This document shows, one piece after another, positions 1 to 10,652 of a stretch of 61,637 bases of DNA. Source of the DNA: Roseovarius sp. UBA6167. GTDB taxonomy: Bacteria; Pseudomonadota; Alphaproteobacteria; Rhodobacterales; Rhodobacteraceae. Every line of letters begins with the position of its first letter. The first letter of the stretch is position 1. Location of the stretch: NCBI GenBank assembly GCA_002428225.1, contig DIUD01000038.1, positions 1 to 61,637 on the forward strand, written 5' to 3'. Under the pieces are notes generated by a model. It was given only the letters and a program-made list of their open reading frames with translations. It ran no database searches and was not told the DNA's origin. The position numbers and the translations under genes are program-made.

Positions 1-212
1 TCCATCAGCATCGACTTGCCGCGCCCCACGCCGCCCCAGAGGTAAAGGCCCCTGGGCGGCTCGGGCGCGCGACGAAACCAGCCCTTGCGCGCAGGCGCGG
101 CCAGGGCGGCGCGGATACGCTCGAACTCGGGCAGGACGGCCTCCTGCACCGGATCGCGGGTCAGTTTGCCCTCGGCGACAAGCCGGGCGTAGCGACGGGG
201 AAGCGTTTCCAT
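1..212 (-). CDS. zapE: Cell division ATPase ZapE (AFG1 family), 5' part; truncated by window edge
   Basis: Manual translation METLPRRYARLVAEGKLTRDPVQ...GLYLWGGVGRGKSMLM, the AFG1/ZapE Walker A context. Confidence 0.9.
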   Translation of the reverse strand, partial: METLPRRYARLVAEGKLTRDPVQEAVLPEFERIRAALAAPARKGWFRRAPEPPRGLYLWGGVGRGKSMLM

Positions 213-251
213 GCCGCGCGCCATAGCGCGATGCGCCGCAGGCGGCAATGC

Positions 252-1226
252 TCAGCCGTGCCCGGACAGCCGGCGCATCACGCCCACAAGCTCGGCGGTG
301 ATCCCCGGTTCCGAGAGCGCGTGACCGGCCAGCGGCACTATCCGAAGATCGCAGGCAGGCCAGAGCGCGGCCAGCCGGTGCGCGGCGGCGGGCGGGCAGA
401 TCATGTCATAGCGCCCGTGCACGATGGTGCCGGGAATATGGGCGATCCGGTGCATGTTGGCATGGATGTGCCCGTCATGATCGAGAAAACCGCGATTGAT
501 GAAATAGTGATTCTCCAGCCGGGCAAAGGCGCGGGCATAATCGGCGGGGCTGTCGCCGCCCGCGCCGGTGGAATGCACCGTGGCCAGCGCGTTTTCCCAT
601 CCCGACCACGCCTTGGCATGGGTGACCTCCTGCGCGAAATCGCCGGAGAAAAGCCGCTTGTGATAGGCCGCGATCAGGTCGCCGCGCTCGGCCTCGGGGA
701 TGAGCGACGTGAAGCGCGCCCATGTCTCTGGCCAGAATGCCGCAGCCCCCCCGCCGTAGAACCAGTCAAGCTCGGCCTCGGTCATGGTAAAGACGCCGCG
801 CAGGATCAGATGGCGCGCGCGGTCGGGATGGGTCTGGGCATAAATCAGCGCCAGCGTCGCGCCCCAGCTTCCGCCGAAGACGAACCAGCTCTCGATGCCG
901 AGCGCCTCGCGGATGCGCTCGATATCGGCCACCAGGTGCCAGGTCGTGTTGGCCTCGACGCTGGCATGGGGCCGTGAGCGCCCGCAGCCGCGTTGATCGA
1001 ACAGCACGATCCGGTAAACCTCGGGGTCGAAATAGCGCCGCATCGCCGGGCTCGATCCGCCCCCCGGTCCGCCATGCAGCACCACCACCGGCAGGCCGTC
1101 GCGCCGCCCCGACTGCTCGACATAGACCGAATGACCGTCACCCACGTCGAGCATCCGCCGCTCGAAGGGCTCGACGGGGGGATGCAGATATTGCACTGCG
1201 CTTTTATGGCCCGAGACTCTGTCCAT
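252..1226 (-). CDS. pip: Proline iminopeptidase
   Basis: [21 protein letters not shown] nucleophile elbow; start trimmed to MDRVSG. Confidence 0.95.
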   Translation of the reverse strand: MDRVSGHKSAVQYLHPPVEPFERRMLDVGDGHSVYVEQSGRRDGLPVVVLHGGPGGGSSPAMRRYFDPEVYRIVLFDQRGCGRSRPHASVEANTTWHLVADIERIREALGIESWFVFGGSWGATLALIYAQTHPDRARHLILRGVFTMTEAELDWFYGGGAAAFWPETWARFTSLIPEAERGDLIAAYHKRLFSGDFAQEVTHAKAWSGWENALATVHSTGAGGDSPADYARAFARLENHYFINRGFLDHDGHIHANMHRIAHIPGTIVHGRYDMICPPAAAHRLAALWPACDLRIVPLAGHALSEPGITAELVGVMRRLSGHG

Positions 1227-1274
1227 GCCTGTCCTATATATCGCCGGAGAACATTGAGCCACAGGGAGACCGGA

Positions 1275-2021
1275 ATGCAACCCGCGCAGAGCACGATTGA
1301 TCCCGCCGAGGTCGCAAAATTCGAGGCCATGGCCGCCGAATGGTGGAACCCGAACGGCAAGTTCAAGCCGCTGCACATGCTCAACCCCTGCCGTCTGGAT
1401 TACATCACCGCGCAGATCGCCGCCGAGTTCGACCGCGATCTGGGCACGGCACGCCCCTTCAAGGGGCTGCGGCTTCTCGATATCGGCTGCGGCGGCGGCT
1501 TGCTGAGCGAGCCGATGGCGCGGCTTGGCGCGTCGGTCGTCGGCGCCGATGCCGCCGCGGGCAACCTCCCCGTGGCGCAGATCCATGCCGAACGGTCGGG
1601 GCTTGCCATCGACTACCGTCACACCACCGCCGAGGACATGGCCGCGGCGGGCGAGCGGTTCGACGTTGTGCTCAACATGGAAGTGGTCGAGCATGTGGCC
1701 GATCCGCTGACCTATCTGAGCGCCTGCCATGATCTGCTCAAGCCCGGCGGGCTACATGTCTGCTCGACGATCAACCGCAATCCCAAGAGCTTTGCCATGG
1801 CCATTGTCGGCGCGGAATATATCATGCGCTGGCTGCCAAGGGGCACGCATGACTGGTCGAAATTCATCACCCCCGACGAGCTTCATGACCTCCTGCGCGA
1901 GGCGGGGCTCGACCCGGTGGACCGCAAGGGGTTCGTCTTCAACCCGATCACCTGGCAATGGCGCCTGTCAGAGCGCGACCTGAGCGTGAACTACGTCACC
2001 GCCAGCCTGCGGGCAGCCTGA
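1275..2021 (+). CDS. ubiG: Ubiquinone biosynthesis O-methyltransferase UbiG
   Basis: [26 protein letters not shown] motif, MEVVEHV; GGAG RBS upstream of ATG 1275. Confidence 0.96.
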   Translation: MQPAQSTIDPAEVAKFEAMAAEWWNPNGKFKPLHMLNPCRLDYITAQIAAEFDRDLGTARPFKGLRLLDIGCGGGLLSEPMARLGASVVGADAAAGNLPVAQIHAERSGLAIDYRHTTAEDMAAAGERFDVVLNMEVVEHVADPLTYLSACHDLLKPGGLHVCSTINRNPKSFAMAIVGAEYIMRWLPRGTHDWSKFITPDELHDLLREAGLDPVDRKGFVFNPITWQWRLSERDLSVNYVTASLRAA

Positions 2022-2042
2022 GCCGCCGGCAGGGGCCGCGCC

Positions 2043-2465
2043 TCACTTTCTGAGCGAATCGCGGATTTCCATGAGGATGTCGATCTCGCTCGGGCCGGGA
2101 TCGACGGCAGGGGCGGCTTCCTTTGGTCCCGCCTTCGCATCCCTGGCACGGTTGACCGCCTTCACCAACAGGAACACCACCCAGGCGATGATGAGAAAAT
2201 TGATCACCGCCATGATGAACCGGCCATAGGCAAAGACCGCGGCGCCCGCCTCTTCGGCGGCGGCGATGGAGGGATGGTCGCCCGAGCCGAGCACGATATA
2301 AAGGCCCGAGAAATCGACGCCGCCGAGAAACAGGCTGATGATCGGGTTTATCAGGTCGGCGACCATCGAATTGACGATGGCGGTAAAGGCCGAACCGATG
2401 ATGATACCCACGGCCATGTCCATGACATTGCCCCTGGCGATGAATGCCTTGAATTCCTGAATCAT
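2043..2465 (-). CDS. mscL: Large-conductance mechanosensitive channel
   Basis: [21 protein letters not shown]...EIRDSL. Confidence 0.97.
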   Translation of the reverse strand: MIQEFKAFIARGNVMDMAVGIIIGSAFTAIVNSMVADLINPIISLFLGGVDFSGLYIVLGSGDHPSIAAAEEAGAAVFAYGRFIMAVINFLIIAWVVFLLVKAVNRARDAKAGPKEAAPAVDPGPSEIDILMEIRDSLRK

Positions 2466-2613
2466 TGCTGTCCCTTTTTTTCACGCTGACACCGCGGGAT
2501 CTGGCCCGCTCATGCGGGGTGATTATCATATCTTTCAAAAGGACCACTGAAAATTCCCCCTGCGGCAAGGAGAAAGATCGCGCCGCGCGCCGCTGCCGCC
2601 GGCACATGGCCAC

Positions 2614-2810
2614 TTGAACCTGACGCGCAATGCCATGGCGACCGACCTGGCGCCCGATTGCGCGACGGTGATTCAGGTGGCGACCGGGACCACCACGATT
2701 CCGATCTTCGTCCGGCTTGCCAGCAGGGCGCTGAACGGGGTGCATCCCGGCACGGTCAGGATGGTCACCGGCGCGCTAGTCGCGCTCGCGGGCGTGGTAG
2801 TTGAGCGATC
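2614..2810 (+). pseudogene. Possible remnant of an EamA/DMT transporter C-terminus
   Basis: Hydrophobic stretch ...ATDLAP...TTIPIFVRL...GALVALAGVVV resembles the last DMT helices; no intact gene. Confidence 0.3.
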
Positions 2811-2812
2811 CA

Positions 2813-3175
2813 TCAGAACCGCGCCGCCAGATCGGCAACGCCCTCGGGCAGGTCAGGCCAGACGGGGGCCTCGCCGGCCCGAATGGCGCGGCGGCACTCG
2901 GCCTGCATCAAAGATACCCATGCTTTCCACCCCGCCGCGCGGATCAGGTCGCCGATCTCGAACCCGACCGCACCGCGCGCGGTCTTCTCGCTGGCCCCGT
3001 CCGCGCGCAGGGCGGCATAGATCACCCCCGCCTGCGCGATGTTCATTTGTGTGGCCTCGGATGCAACATCGAGGATGCGCGCGCGGCAATCGGCCTTGAT
3101 CGTCGTGGCGCGGGCATCGAGAGCCAGTGCGGCCTTCTGCTCGGCGGTGATAACCTGACTGAAATCAATCGTCAT
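2813..3175 (-). CDS. Hypothetical phage-type protein of the kind found downstream of tail fibre genes (possible fibre assembly factor)
   Basis: N-terminus MTIDFSQVITAEQKA and C-terminal PVWPDLP; ATGA overlap with the upstream gene. Confidence 0.6.
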   Translation of the reverse strand: MTIDFSQVITAEQKAALALDARATTIKADCRARILDVASEATQMNIAQAGVIYAALRADGASEKTARGAVGFEIGDLIRAAGWKAWVSLMQAECRRAIRAGEAPVWPDLPEGVADLAARF

Positions 3176-3483
3176 AGTCTGGTCTCCACTTCATATGGCG
3201 GCAAGGCTACAGGCCCGTCGCCCGTCAACGTGATCGGCGCGGGAAAGAGCGTTTCGTGCGGCGCGTTTGCACCATGGGGAAGAGCCAGCGTCAGGTGCAA
3301 TTCGCCGCCGATCCGCTCGACCGGCCCCGCGAACCAGTCGCCCGTGATCGCATCCTGCGGCAGGGTCGCGCCTTCTGGCAGTGGCGTGAAGTCGAACGCC
3401 TCGCCGTTGATCGTCAGGGTGTCGCCGCTGCGGCTCAACTCGAGTGGCATATCGCGGCGTTGTGGTGAAAGTTTGATCTGCAT
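3172..3483 (-). CDS. Hypothetical phage tail-fibre-associated protein
   Basis: MQIKLSPQRRD...TLTINGEAFDFTPLPEGATLP...GPVERIGGELHLTLALPHG, a family recalled from downstream of proteobacterial phage fibre genes; AAGGAG RBS. Confidence 0.7.
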   Translation of the reverse strand: MQIKLSPQRRDMPLELSRSGDTLTINGEAFDFTPLPEGATLPQDAITGDWFAGPVERIGGELHLTLALPHGANAPHETLFPAPITLTGDGPVALPPYEVETRL

Positions 3484-3494
3484 GGCGTTCTCCT

Positions 3495-4568
3495 TCAGAA
3501 CCAGCGGCCAATGGCTATCATTTGTGGTGCCCCAAGGTTAGTATTGCTCACCCAGCTATAAATCCGATAGCCGACTGCGCCCAAACCCGGATTATTAAGA
3601 CCGATCCACCGGCTTGTGCCGCCACCAGAGCCGGCAACATAAGGGTCGGAGAAAAAACTTGCCGGGTAGCTCCATACATAATTATTCCCTTCCTGAAATA
3701 TCGCCCCTGCCGCGACCGTGGTCGTAAACTCCGGGCCCTCGAACGTGCAAATCTGCGTCCCGTCGGCAAAGCGCGTATATGACCCGTTGGCATTGCTGCC
3801 ACGCTCGATGATCGCCCCGGTCGGCACACCGCCGGACCGGGACACCGTGCCCAGGATGTTCCCCCGGCTATATCCGAAATCCGCCCGCATGAGCCGCCCC
3901 ACCGTAGTATCGGTGGCAGAGGACTGAACGGCGGCCCCGCTCACCAGCCCGCTTGCCCCGGCCACGCGCAGCGCCTCGGTCCAGGTCGCGCCATCGGCGC
4001 TGACCTTGATCGACCAGTCGTCGGTCCCGGCCGTGCCCATTTCGGCGCGGCCCGACCAGTTGGTCTGAAACAACAGGCTTGCCGTGTCTCCTTGAGCGGC
4101 CTTGTTGAGCTTCAGCTGATGGCCCGCGCCCTCATGCGTCAGCAGCGTCGCGGGACTGGCCACTGCAAGGCGATTGACCGCATCAGCCGTGGTGCCCACC
4201 CCGACACCGGCCAGATTGTCCAGATCGGGCAGGCGCTCGACCCAGGCGGTGCCGTCGAAGACGACCGAACGTTCCTCCGAGAGCACCTCGGCGCGCCATC
4301 CGGGCTGCGGCTCGATAAAGCGCCAGTTGCCGTCGGTCCAGGTTGCGATCTGGCGCTCCGCCCCGGCCCAGTCGCCGACAGCCCCGTTTGCAACGATGTG
4401 ACGCTCGCCCTCGGCAGGGTTTGCCGGTGGCGCGTTCAGGGTCCTGTCCGACACGCTCAGTTGCACGAGGATATCGAGAATCCCGAGCGCCTCGTTATGC
4501 GTGACATGCTTCTGCGCCTGCGAGGGCAGGATGAACGGCAGGGACAGGATCGAGGACTGGTCTTGCAT
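3495..4568 (-). CDS. DUF2793 protein with phage tail-fibre-type C-terminal domain (GTA tail fibre-like)
   Basis: LPFILPSQAQKHVTHNEAL DUF2793 N-terminus; C-terminal IIERGSNANGSYTRFADGTQIC...AIGRWF fibre-tip motif. Confidence 0.85.
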   Translation of the reverse strand: MQDQSSILSLPFILPSQAQKHVTHNEALGILDILVQLSVSDRTLNAPPANPAEGERHIVANGAVGDWAGAERQIATWTDGNWRFIEPQPGWRAEVLSEERSVVFDGTAWVERLPDLDNLAGVGVGTTADAVNRLAVASPATLLTHEGAGHQLKLNKAAQGDTASLLFQTNWSGRAEMGTAGTDDWSIKVSADGATWTEALRVAGASGLVSGAAVQSSATDTTVGRLMRADFGYSRGNILGTVSRSGGVPTGAIIERGSNANGSYTRFADGTQICTFEGPEFTTTVAAGAIFQEGNNYVWSYPASFFSDPYVAGSGGGTSRWIGLNNPGLGAVGYRIYSWVSNTNLGAPQMIAIGRWF

Positions 4569-4683
4569 GGCGCGACTCCGGCTGGTGACATCCGGATCCG
4601 ATCTAGGCGCGAAATCGTTAACAGGTCACGGTGCCAGCGCGCGCCCCTGCCGCGCGACACGCAACACCCATCGCCAGGCACGA

Positions 4684-5436
4684 TCAGGGCATGAGACAGA
4701 GCAATGCCGCGATCTCGGCCATCTGTTGCGCGGCGCCCAGCACATCGCCGCTCTGTCCGCCGATTTTCACCCGCGCGAGCCTGGCGACGGCCAGAACCGC
4801 AAGCGCCGCCGCGCCCGCCGCCAGCAGGCCGGACGCACCATGAAGCAGAACCGCCCCCGCAGCAGCCAGCCCCGCGCCAAGAAGAACGGTTGCCACAGGC
4901 GGCCGGCCCTGCGCCTGCGCCAGCCCGGTCTCGCGGGCTTGGGGCAGGACGGCCATCGCCCCCGCCATCGCCGCGCGCGACAGCATCGCCGAGGCGACAA
5001 GGGCGGCCGCAGCCACGCCGGGACCGGCCTCGAACAGGAACGACAGCGCCACCGCGCGCAAGCCGAGCGTCAGCGCAAGCGCGATCACCCCGTAGCTGCC
5101 GGTGCGGCTGTCGCGCATGATCTCGAGGCGCCGCTCGCGCGTCCGGCCACCCCAGATCCCGTCCGCCGTGTCGGCCAGCCCGTCCTCGTGAAGCGCGCCG
5201 CAAAGCATCACCAGCGCGCCGAGCGCCAGCAACGCCGCCACCGGCGCGGGCAGGCCAGCCATCAGCGCGGCCCAGCCGATCAGCGCGGCCCCTCCCCCCA
5301 GCACCGCCCCCGCCAGCGGCCAGGCCCAGGCCGCGCGCGCGCCGCGCGCCGCATCGCCCACGGGCACCGGCAGGCGCGTGAGCAGCCCCAGCGCAAGCGC
5401 CGGATCGCCGGGGCGGAGGAGGGCTTTGTCGGTCAT
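4684..5436 (-). CDS. cobS: Adenosylcobinamide-GDP ribazoletransferase (cobalamin synthase)
   Basis: [35 protein letters not shown]. Confidence 0.95.
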   Translation of the reverse strand: MTDKALLRPGDPALALGLLTRLPVPVGDAARGARAAWAWPLAGAVLGGGAALIGWAALMAGLPAPVAALLALGALVMLCGALHEDGLADTADGIWGGRTRERRLEIMRDSRTGSYGVIALALTLGLRAVALSFLFEAGPGVAAAALVASAMLSRAAMAGAMAVLPQARETGLAQAQGRPPVATVLLGAGLAAAGAVLLHGASGLLAAGAAALAVLAVARLARVKIGGQSGDVLGAAQQMAEIAALLCLMP

Positions 5437-5509
5437 CGCAGCGGTTTGCTCTGGGGTTGGCGCGCCTGCCGCGATACACAAGCGCGCGCTCACTTGCAAC
5501 GAGGCTGCC

Positions 5510-6559
5510 ATGTCCGTCCCCTTCACCACGCTCGCCGATTTCGCCGCGCGCCTGCGCGATCTGCCCGGCCCCGATGCAACCGCCGCAGAGGCTGCGCGCG
5601 CGCGCGATGCCACGCTGACCAAGCCCCCCCGCGCGCTCGGCCGGCTCGAAGAGGTGGCCGCCTGGTATTGCGGATGGCGCGGCGCGGCGCGGGCGCGCGT
5701 CACCCGCCCGCAAGTGGCTGTTTTCGCGGGCAATCACGGGGTCGTGGCGCGCGGCGTCTCGGCCTTTCCGGCCGAAGTCACCGCGCAGATGGTGGCGAAC
5801 TTCAAGGCAGGCGGCGCGGCGGTCAACCAGTTGGCGGGCGCGGTTGGCGCGCGGCTCGACGTGCACGCGCTCTCGCTCGACCGGCCCACGGGCGACATCA
5901 CCGCCGGCCCCGCCATGTCCGAGGCGGAATGCGTCGCGGCGCTGCGGGCGGGCTGGGCGGCGGTGGACCCGCGCGCCGATCTTTTCGTGGCGGGCGAGAT
6001 GGGCATTGGCAACACCACGCCCGCCGCGGCGATCGCGCTTGCGCTTTTCGGCGGCCACGCCGAAGACTGGACCGGACGCGGCACCGGGCTGGACGATGTC
6101 GGATTGGCGGCGAAAGCGCGGGTCGTGGCGCAGGCGGTCGCGGCCAATCCGGGGCGCGGCGGGCTGGAGGTGCTGCGAACGCTCGGCGGGCGCGAACTGG
6201 CGGCCATGGCGGGGGCGATCATCCGGGCGCGCACGCTGTGCATCCCGGTGCTGCTCGACGGGTTCATCTGCACCGCCGCCGCCGCCTGTCTGGAGGTCGA
6301 GGCCCGGGGTGCCCTCGACCACACGCTCGCGGGCCATGTCAGCGCCGAGCCGGGGCACGCCCGCCTGCTCGAGAGACTGGACAAGGCGCCGCTTCTGTCG
6401 CTCGGGCTGCGGCTGGGCGAGGGCTCGGGCGCGGTGCTGGCGATGAGCGTGGTGCAGGCGGCGCTTGCGTGCCATTCTGGCATGGCGAGTTTCGCCGAGG
6501 CCGGCGTATCCGGGGCAGAGCCATGCTTGACGCCGGACGCCCCCCGCAATACTGATTAA
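5510..6559 (+). CDS. cobT: Nicotinate-nucleotide:dimethylbenzimidazole phosphoribosyltransferase
   Basis: [37 protein letters not shown]; divergent from cobS. Confidence 0.95.
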   Translation: MSVPFTTLADFAARLRDLPGPDATAAEAARARDATLTKPPRALGRLEEVAAWYCGWRGAARARVTRPQVAVFAGNHGVVARGVSAFPAEVTAQMVANFKAGGAAVNQLAGAVGARLDVHALSLDRPTGDITAGPAMSEAECVAALRAGWAAVDPRADLFVAGEMGIGNTTPAAAIALALFGGHAEDWTGRGTGLDDVGLAAKARVVAQAVAANPGRGGLEVLRTLGGRELAAMAGAIIRARTLCIPVLLDGFICTAAAACLEVEARGALDHTLAGHVSAEPGHARLLERLDKAPLLSLGLRLGEGSGAVLAMSVVQAALACHSGMASFAEAGVSGAEPCLTPDAPRNTD

Positions 6560-6568
6560 ATCCGTCGG
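6527..6568 (+). promoter_or_regulatory. Putative sigma70 promoter (TTGACG-N17-TACTGA) with an overlapping Iron-Rhodo-box-like operator CTGATTAAATCCGTCGG
   Basis: Resembles the CTGAC-N7-GTCAG iron box of Rhodobacterales; sits directly upstream of an Fe(III) ABC permease. Confidence 0.55.
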
Positions 6569-6590
6569 ATTACCCCGGAGCACCCCGCGC

Positions 6591-8255
6591 ATGAGCGAGA
6601 CACTCCTCCATCGCCTCGCCTGGATCGTGGTGGCGCTCTGCCTCGCGCCGATTGTCGCGGCGGTGCTGGCGGCGTTGACCGGGGATCTGGAAACCTGGCG
6701 CAGCGTTCTGGCGACGGTGCTGCCGCGCTACACGCTCAACACGCTCAAGCTGGTGGTGATCGTCGGCACCAGCACGGCGGTGATCGGATCGCTCACCGCC
6801 TGGCTGGTGACGGTCTATCGCTTTCCCGGCGCGCGGCTGCTGGAGGTGGCGCTGGCGCTGCCGCTCGCCTTTCCGGCCTATGTCATGGCCTATGCCTATA
6901 CCCATATGCTCGACCATCCCGGCCCGGTACAGACCGCCTTGCGCGCGCTCACCGGCTGGGGGCCGCGCGATTACTGGTTTCCCGAGGTGCGCAGCCTTGG
7001 CGGCGCGGCGCTGATGCTGACCATCGTGCTTTATCCTTACGTTTATCTGCTGGCGCGGGCCTCGTTCCGGCAGCAATCGGCCAATGCGTTCCTGGTGGCG
7101 CGAACGCTGGGGCGTTCGCCCGCATATGCGTTCCGCCGGGTGGCGCTGCCGATGGCGCGGCCGGCGATTGCCGGTGGCGCGCTGCTGGCGGTCATGGAGA
7201 CGATCGCCGATTTCGGCACGGTCGCGTTTTTCAACGTGCAGACCTTTGCCACCGGCATCTATCAGGCGTGGTTCAGCCTCGGCGACCGGGCGGCGGCGGC
7301 GCAACTGGCGCTTTGCCTGCTGAGCTTTGCGCTGCTTCTGGCGGGGCTGGAACGCGCGAGCCGGGGCCGGATGCGCACCGCCGGGCGCGGCGCGCGGTTC
7401 GAGACGATGGAGCGCCCGCGCCTGCGCGGGCTGGCGGCGGCGGGGGCGGTCACGCTGTGCTTTCTGCCGGTTCTGCTGGGGTTCATCCTGCCGGCGGTCA
7501 TGCTGGGCGTGATGGCGGCGGGATCGGGGCAGAACCTGCTGTCGCCGCGCTACCTTGGCTTCATATCGAATTCGCTGACGCTGGCCGCGGTGGCCTCGGT
7601 GCTGACGGTGCTGGGCGCGATCCTTGTGGGGTTTCGTGCCCGCACACGGCCCGGACGTGTCTCGCGCGCGCTGGTGCTCGGGGCGGGGCTGGGCTATGCG
7701 GTGCCGGGCGGCGTGATCGCGGTCGGGCTGATGGTGCCGATGGCGGCGTTTGACAACGCGCTCGACGCTTTCATGCGCGAGACCTTCGGCATCAGCACCG
7801 GGCTTCTGATAACCGGGTCGATCTGGCTCATGGTGGTGGCCTATGTGGTGCGCTTCATGGCCGCGGCCCTCAACGCCTATGACAGCGGCATGGCGACGGT
7901 GCCGCTACATTTCGATGCGATCGGGCGCTCGCTCGGGCAGCCGGGGCCGCGGCTTCTGGCGCGGGTGCACCTGCCGGTGGCGCGCGCCTCGGTGCTGACC
8001 GCGCTGCTCATTGTCTTTGTCGATGTGATGAAGGAACTGCCCGCCACGCTGATCCTGCACCCGTTCAACTTTCAGACGCTGGCGGTGCAGGCGCATCGCC
8101 TCGCCGCAGATGAGCGGCTGGCCGAGGCGGCGGTGCCGTCGCTGGTGCTGGTGGGATTCGGCCTCGTGCCGGTGCTGATCCTGTGCCGGACGCTGGGGCG
8201 CGACGGGCGCTCTCAGCGCGCAGCGCGGCTTGGCACGGCGATCTCGGCAGGGTGA
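6591..8255 (+). CDS. Fe(III) ABC transporter permease (FbpB/FutB family)
   Basis: Two BPD_transp_1 repeats; LPLAFPAYVMAYAY, METIADFGTV, DVMKELPATL. Confidence 0.92.
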   Translation: MSETLLHRLAWIVVALCLAPIVAAVLAALTGDLETWRSVLATVLPRYTLNTLKLVVIVGTSTAVIGSLTAWLVTVYRFPGARLLEVALALPLAFPAYVMAYAYTHMLDHPGPVQTALRALTGWGPRDYWFPEVRSLGGAALMLTIVLYPYVYLLARASFRQQSANAFLVARTLGRSPAYAFRRVALPMARPAIAGGALLAVMETIADFGTVAFFNVQTFATGIYQAWFSLGDRAAAAQLALCLLSFALLLAGLERASRGRMRTAGRGARFETMERPRLRGLAAAGAVTLCFLPVLLGFILPAVMLGVMAAGSGQNLLSPRYLGFISNSLTLAAVASVLTVLGAILVGFRARTRPGRVSRALVLGAGLGYAVPGGVIAVGLMVPMAAFDNALDAFMRETFGISTGLLITGSIWLMVVAYVVRFMAAALNAYDSGMATVPLHFDAIGRSLGQPGPRLLARVHLPVARASVLTALLIVFVDVMKELPATLILHPFNFQTLAVQAHRLAADERLAEAAVPSLVLVGFGLVPVLILCRTLGRDGRSQRAARLGTAISAG

Positions 8256-8833
8256 GAGACCGCCAGATCCGCCTGCGTATCGACATCGCGCAGCATGTCG
8301 ATCACAGCTACCCGAGACGCCCCGAGGCTGCGGATCGTGTCCGCGCGGGCATATGCGCCCGACCAGCGCACCCCCTCGAAAAGCCGCGCGGGCACGGCGG
8401 CGCCGCGCCGCAGCCCGATGAGCCAGTAACCGCCATCGGTGGCGGGGCCGATCACCGCGTCATGCCCCCCGAGCGCCGCGAAGGCGCGGGCGATGTGGCC
8501 CCGCGCGATGCCGGGGATGTCCGCGCCGATGATGCAGACCGGCCCCGGCGGCAGGCTGCGCAAAAGCCGCCCCATCCGGTCCCCCAGATCGCCCGCCCCC
8601 TGCGGCACGCGGGGCAGATGCGCGGGCCAGACGCGGCTGGCCATCCCCTCACGGTCGGGACTGACGGCCAGCACGAGGCGCCAGCGCGGATCGTCGATCC
8701 GGCGCAGCAGGCGCATGACCTGATGGCGGAACCACCACGCCGCCGCCACCATGCCGATATCGCGCCCCAGCCGTGTCTTGACGCGGCCGGGGCGCGGCTC
8801 CTTCACCATCACGACAAGGGTGGCCCGCCTCAT
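8213..8833 (-). CDS. DUF2064 / TIGR04282-family nucleotidyl/glycosyltransferase-like protein
   Basis: [47 protein letters not shown]. Confidence 0.88.
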   Translation of the reverse strand: MRRATLVVMVKEPRPGRVKTRLGRDIGMVAAAWWFRHQVMRLLRRIDDPRWRLVLAVSPDREGMASRVWPAHLPRVPQGAGDLGDRMGRLLRSLPPGPVCIIGADIPGIARGHIARAFAALGGHDAVIGPATDGGYWLIGLRRGAAVPARLFEGVRWSGAYARADTIRSLGASRVAVIDMLRDVDTQADLAVSHPAEIAVPSRAAR

Positions 8834-9981
8834 GCGAAGAAATCGCGCAGGATGCGGGCATAGACGGCCTTCAACTGGTGGATTTGCGCCACCTCGACGC
8901 GCTCATCCACCTGGTGCATGGTCTGGCCGACAAGGCCGAATTCCACCACCGGGCAGTGATCCCTGACAAAACGCGCGTCCGACGTGCCGCCCGAGGTCGA
9001 GAGTGCCGGCACCACGCCGGTCTCAAGCTCGACCGCGCGCGCCACCAGGTCAGAGAGCGGACCGGGGGGGGTGAGAAACGCCTCGCCCGAGACCTTGACC
9101 TCCATCGCGCCGCTCACGCCGAACTCGGCGGCCACGCGGTCAAGCTCGCCCTGCATCCACGCGGTGAGCGCGCCGCTGTCATGGGCATCGTTGAAGCGGA
9201 TGTTGACGGTGGCTCGGCAACGGGCGGGAATCACGTTGGTGGCGGGGTTGCCGGTGTCGATGGTGACGATGGCCAGCGTCGAGGGGTCGAAATGCGCGGT
9301 CCCATCGTCGAGCCTGTGCGAGGCGAGCCGGTCCATCAGCCGCGCCATGGCCGGAAGCGGATTGCGCGCGCGAAGCGGATAGGCGGAATGGCCCTGCACG
9401 CCGGTCATGGTGAAGAAGGCCGTAAGCGAGCCGCGCCGCCCGATCTTTATCATCTCGCCCATGCGCGCGGGGCAGGTCGGCTCGCCCACGAGGCAGGCGC
9501 TCATCCGCTCGCCCTCGGCCTCCATCCAGTCGAGCAGCGCACGGGTGCCGTCGATCGCGTCGCCCTCCTCGTCGCCGGTGATGGCGAGGATCACCGCCCC
9601 CTCCGGGGGCGTCTCTCGCACGAGATCCACCGCCGCCGCGACAAAGGCGGCAACGCCCGATTTCATGTCACACGCACCGCGCCCCCACAGCGCACCGTCA
9701 CGTTCGAGCGCGCCGAAGGGCGGCACGGACCACGCGGCCTCGTCCCCCACCGGCACCACGTCGGTATGACCGTTGAAGCCAAAGGTCCTGGCCGCGCCCT
9801 TCGCACCCCATCGGGCAAAGAGATTGGCCACGCCGCCCCGGTCCACGCGGGTGCACTGAAACCCTGCGCCCGACAGCACCGCCTCCAGCAGCCGCAGCGC
9901 GCCGCCCTCCTCGGGCGTGACCGAGGGACAGCGGATCAGATCGGCGGTCAGGCGAACGGGATCAAGCGGGGCATGGGACAT
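8830..9981 (-). CDS. dapE: Succinyl-diaminopimelate desuccinylase
   Basis: [37 protein letters not shown]. Confidence 0.96.
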   Translation of the reverse strand: MSHAPLDPVRLTADLIRCPSVTPEEGGALRLLEAVLSGAGFQCTRVDRGGVANLFARWGAKGAARTFGFNGHTDVVPVGDEAAWSVPPFGALERDGALWGRGACDMKSGVAAFVAAAVDLVRETPPEGAVILAITGDEEGDAIDGTRALLDWMEAEGERMSACLVGEPTCPARMGEMIKIGRRGSLTAFFTMTGVQGHSAYPLRARNPLPAMARLMDRLASHRLDDGTAHFDPSTLAIVTIDTGNPATNVIPARCRATVNIRFNDAHDSGALTAWMQGELDRVAAEFGVSGAMEVKVSGEAFLTPPGPLSDLVARAVELETGVVPALSTSGGTSDARFVRDHCPVVEFGLVGQTMHQVDERVEVAQIHQLKAVYARILRDFFA

Positions 9982-10104
9982 GGGGCGCGGCCTTTCATCG
10001 GATGCCGCGGGCCTAGCGCGGATCGCGGGCAGGTGCAAATGGCACCGCGATCCTGCCCCCCGCACAAGCGCCGGCGCAAGGACCGCCGGGGCACGGGAGC
10101 CTGC

Positions 10105-10206
10105 CTATCCGGCGACCCGGACCATGACCACCGTCAGCACCACCAGCACAACGAGCGCCAGCATCGCGATCCTGCCGGACATGCGGGGGTCCTTCGGCGC
10201 CTGCAT
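10105..10206 (-). CDS. Small single-pass membrane protein (33 aa, MQAPKDPRMSGRIAMLALVVLVVLTVVMVRVAG)
   Basis: TGATG overlap with the upstream gene, GGAGAG RBS, one hydrophobic helix. Confidence 0.55.
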   Translation of the reverse strand: MQAPKDPRMSGRIAMLALVVLVVLTVVMVRVAG

Positions 10207-10652
10207 CACGCTCTCTCCGCCGCCGCGCGCAGCCGTGCCTCGATGCGCGCGCGGTCGGGCTGATACTTGATGAGGTGCTTGTCGCCGGTGGCCGTGACCA
10301 CCTGCACCGCGCTGCCCAGCCCCCGCACCGTGACAATCTCCGACAGCCGCACCGCGCGTCCCTGCGGGCCTAGCAACCGGCGGTCGGTCAGATCCCAGCG
10401 CGCCGTCAATTCGTCCGAGGCGACATAGAACGCGCGCACCGCGATCGCCGCCAGCCCGCCGACCGCCCCGGTCCAGACATGGGGATTTCCCATCAGCCAC
10501 AGGACAACCATGCCAAGCGCCATCGCCCCCGCCGCCAGCCAGGCGTGATCGCGCCAGTGGGTCGCGCGGTCGGGGCGAAAGCTCTCGATCACGCGCTCGC
10601 CCTCCTCCAGCGCGACGGCGGGCGTCATGGAATGGATCGGACCCTCGCTCAT
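10206..10652 (-). CDS. Hypothetical membrane protein (two TM helices + bacterial PH-like domain)
   Basis: LEEGERVI..F, two TMs, WDLTDRRL; coupled within the pyrB operon. Confidence 0.7.
   Translation of the reverse strand: MSEGPIHSMTPAVALEEGERVIESFRPDRATHWRDHAWLAAGAMALGMVVLWLMGNPHVWTGAVGGLAAIAVRAFYVASDELTARWDLTDRRLLGPQGRAVRLSEIVTVRGLGSAVQVVTATGDKHLIKYQPDRARIEARLRAAAERA

Noticed and set aside
2813-4568. Prophage
   Set aside because: Only fibre-related genes; no integrase, terminase, capsid or att-like repeats
5437-5509. Cobalamin riboswitch between cobS and cobT
   Set aside because: The gap is only ~70 bp and has no B12-box motif
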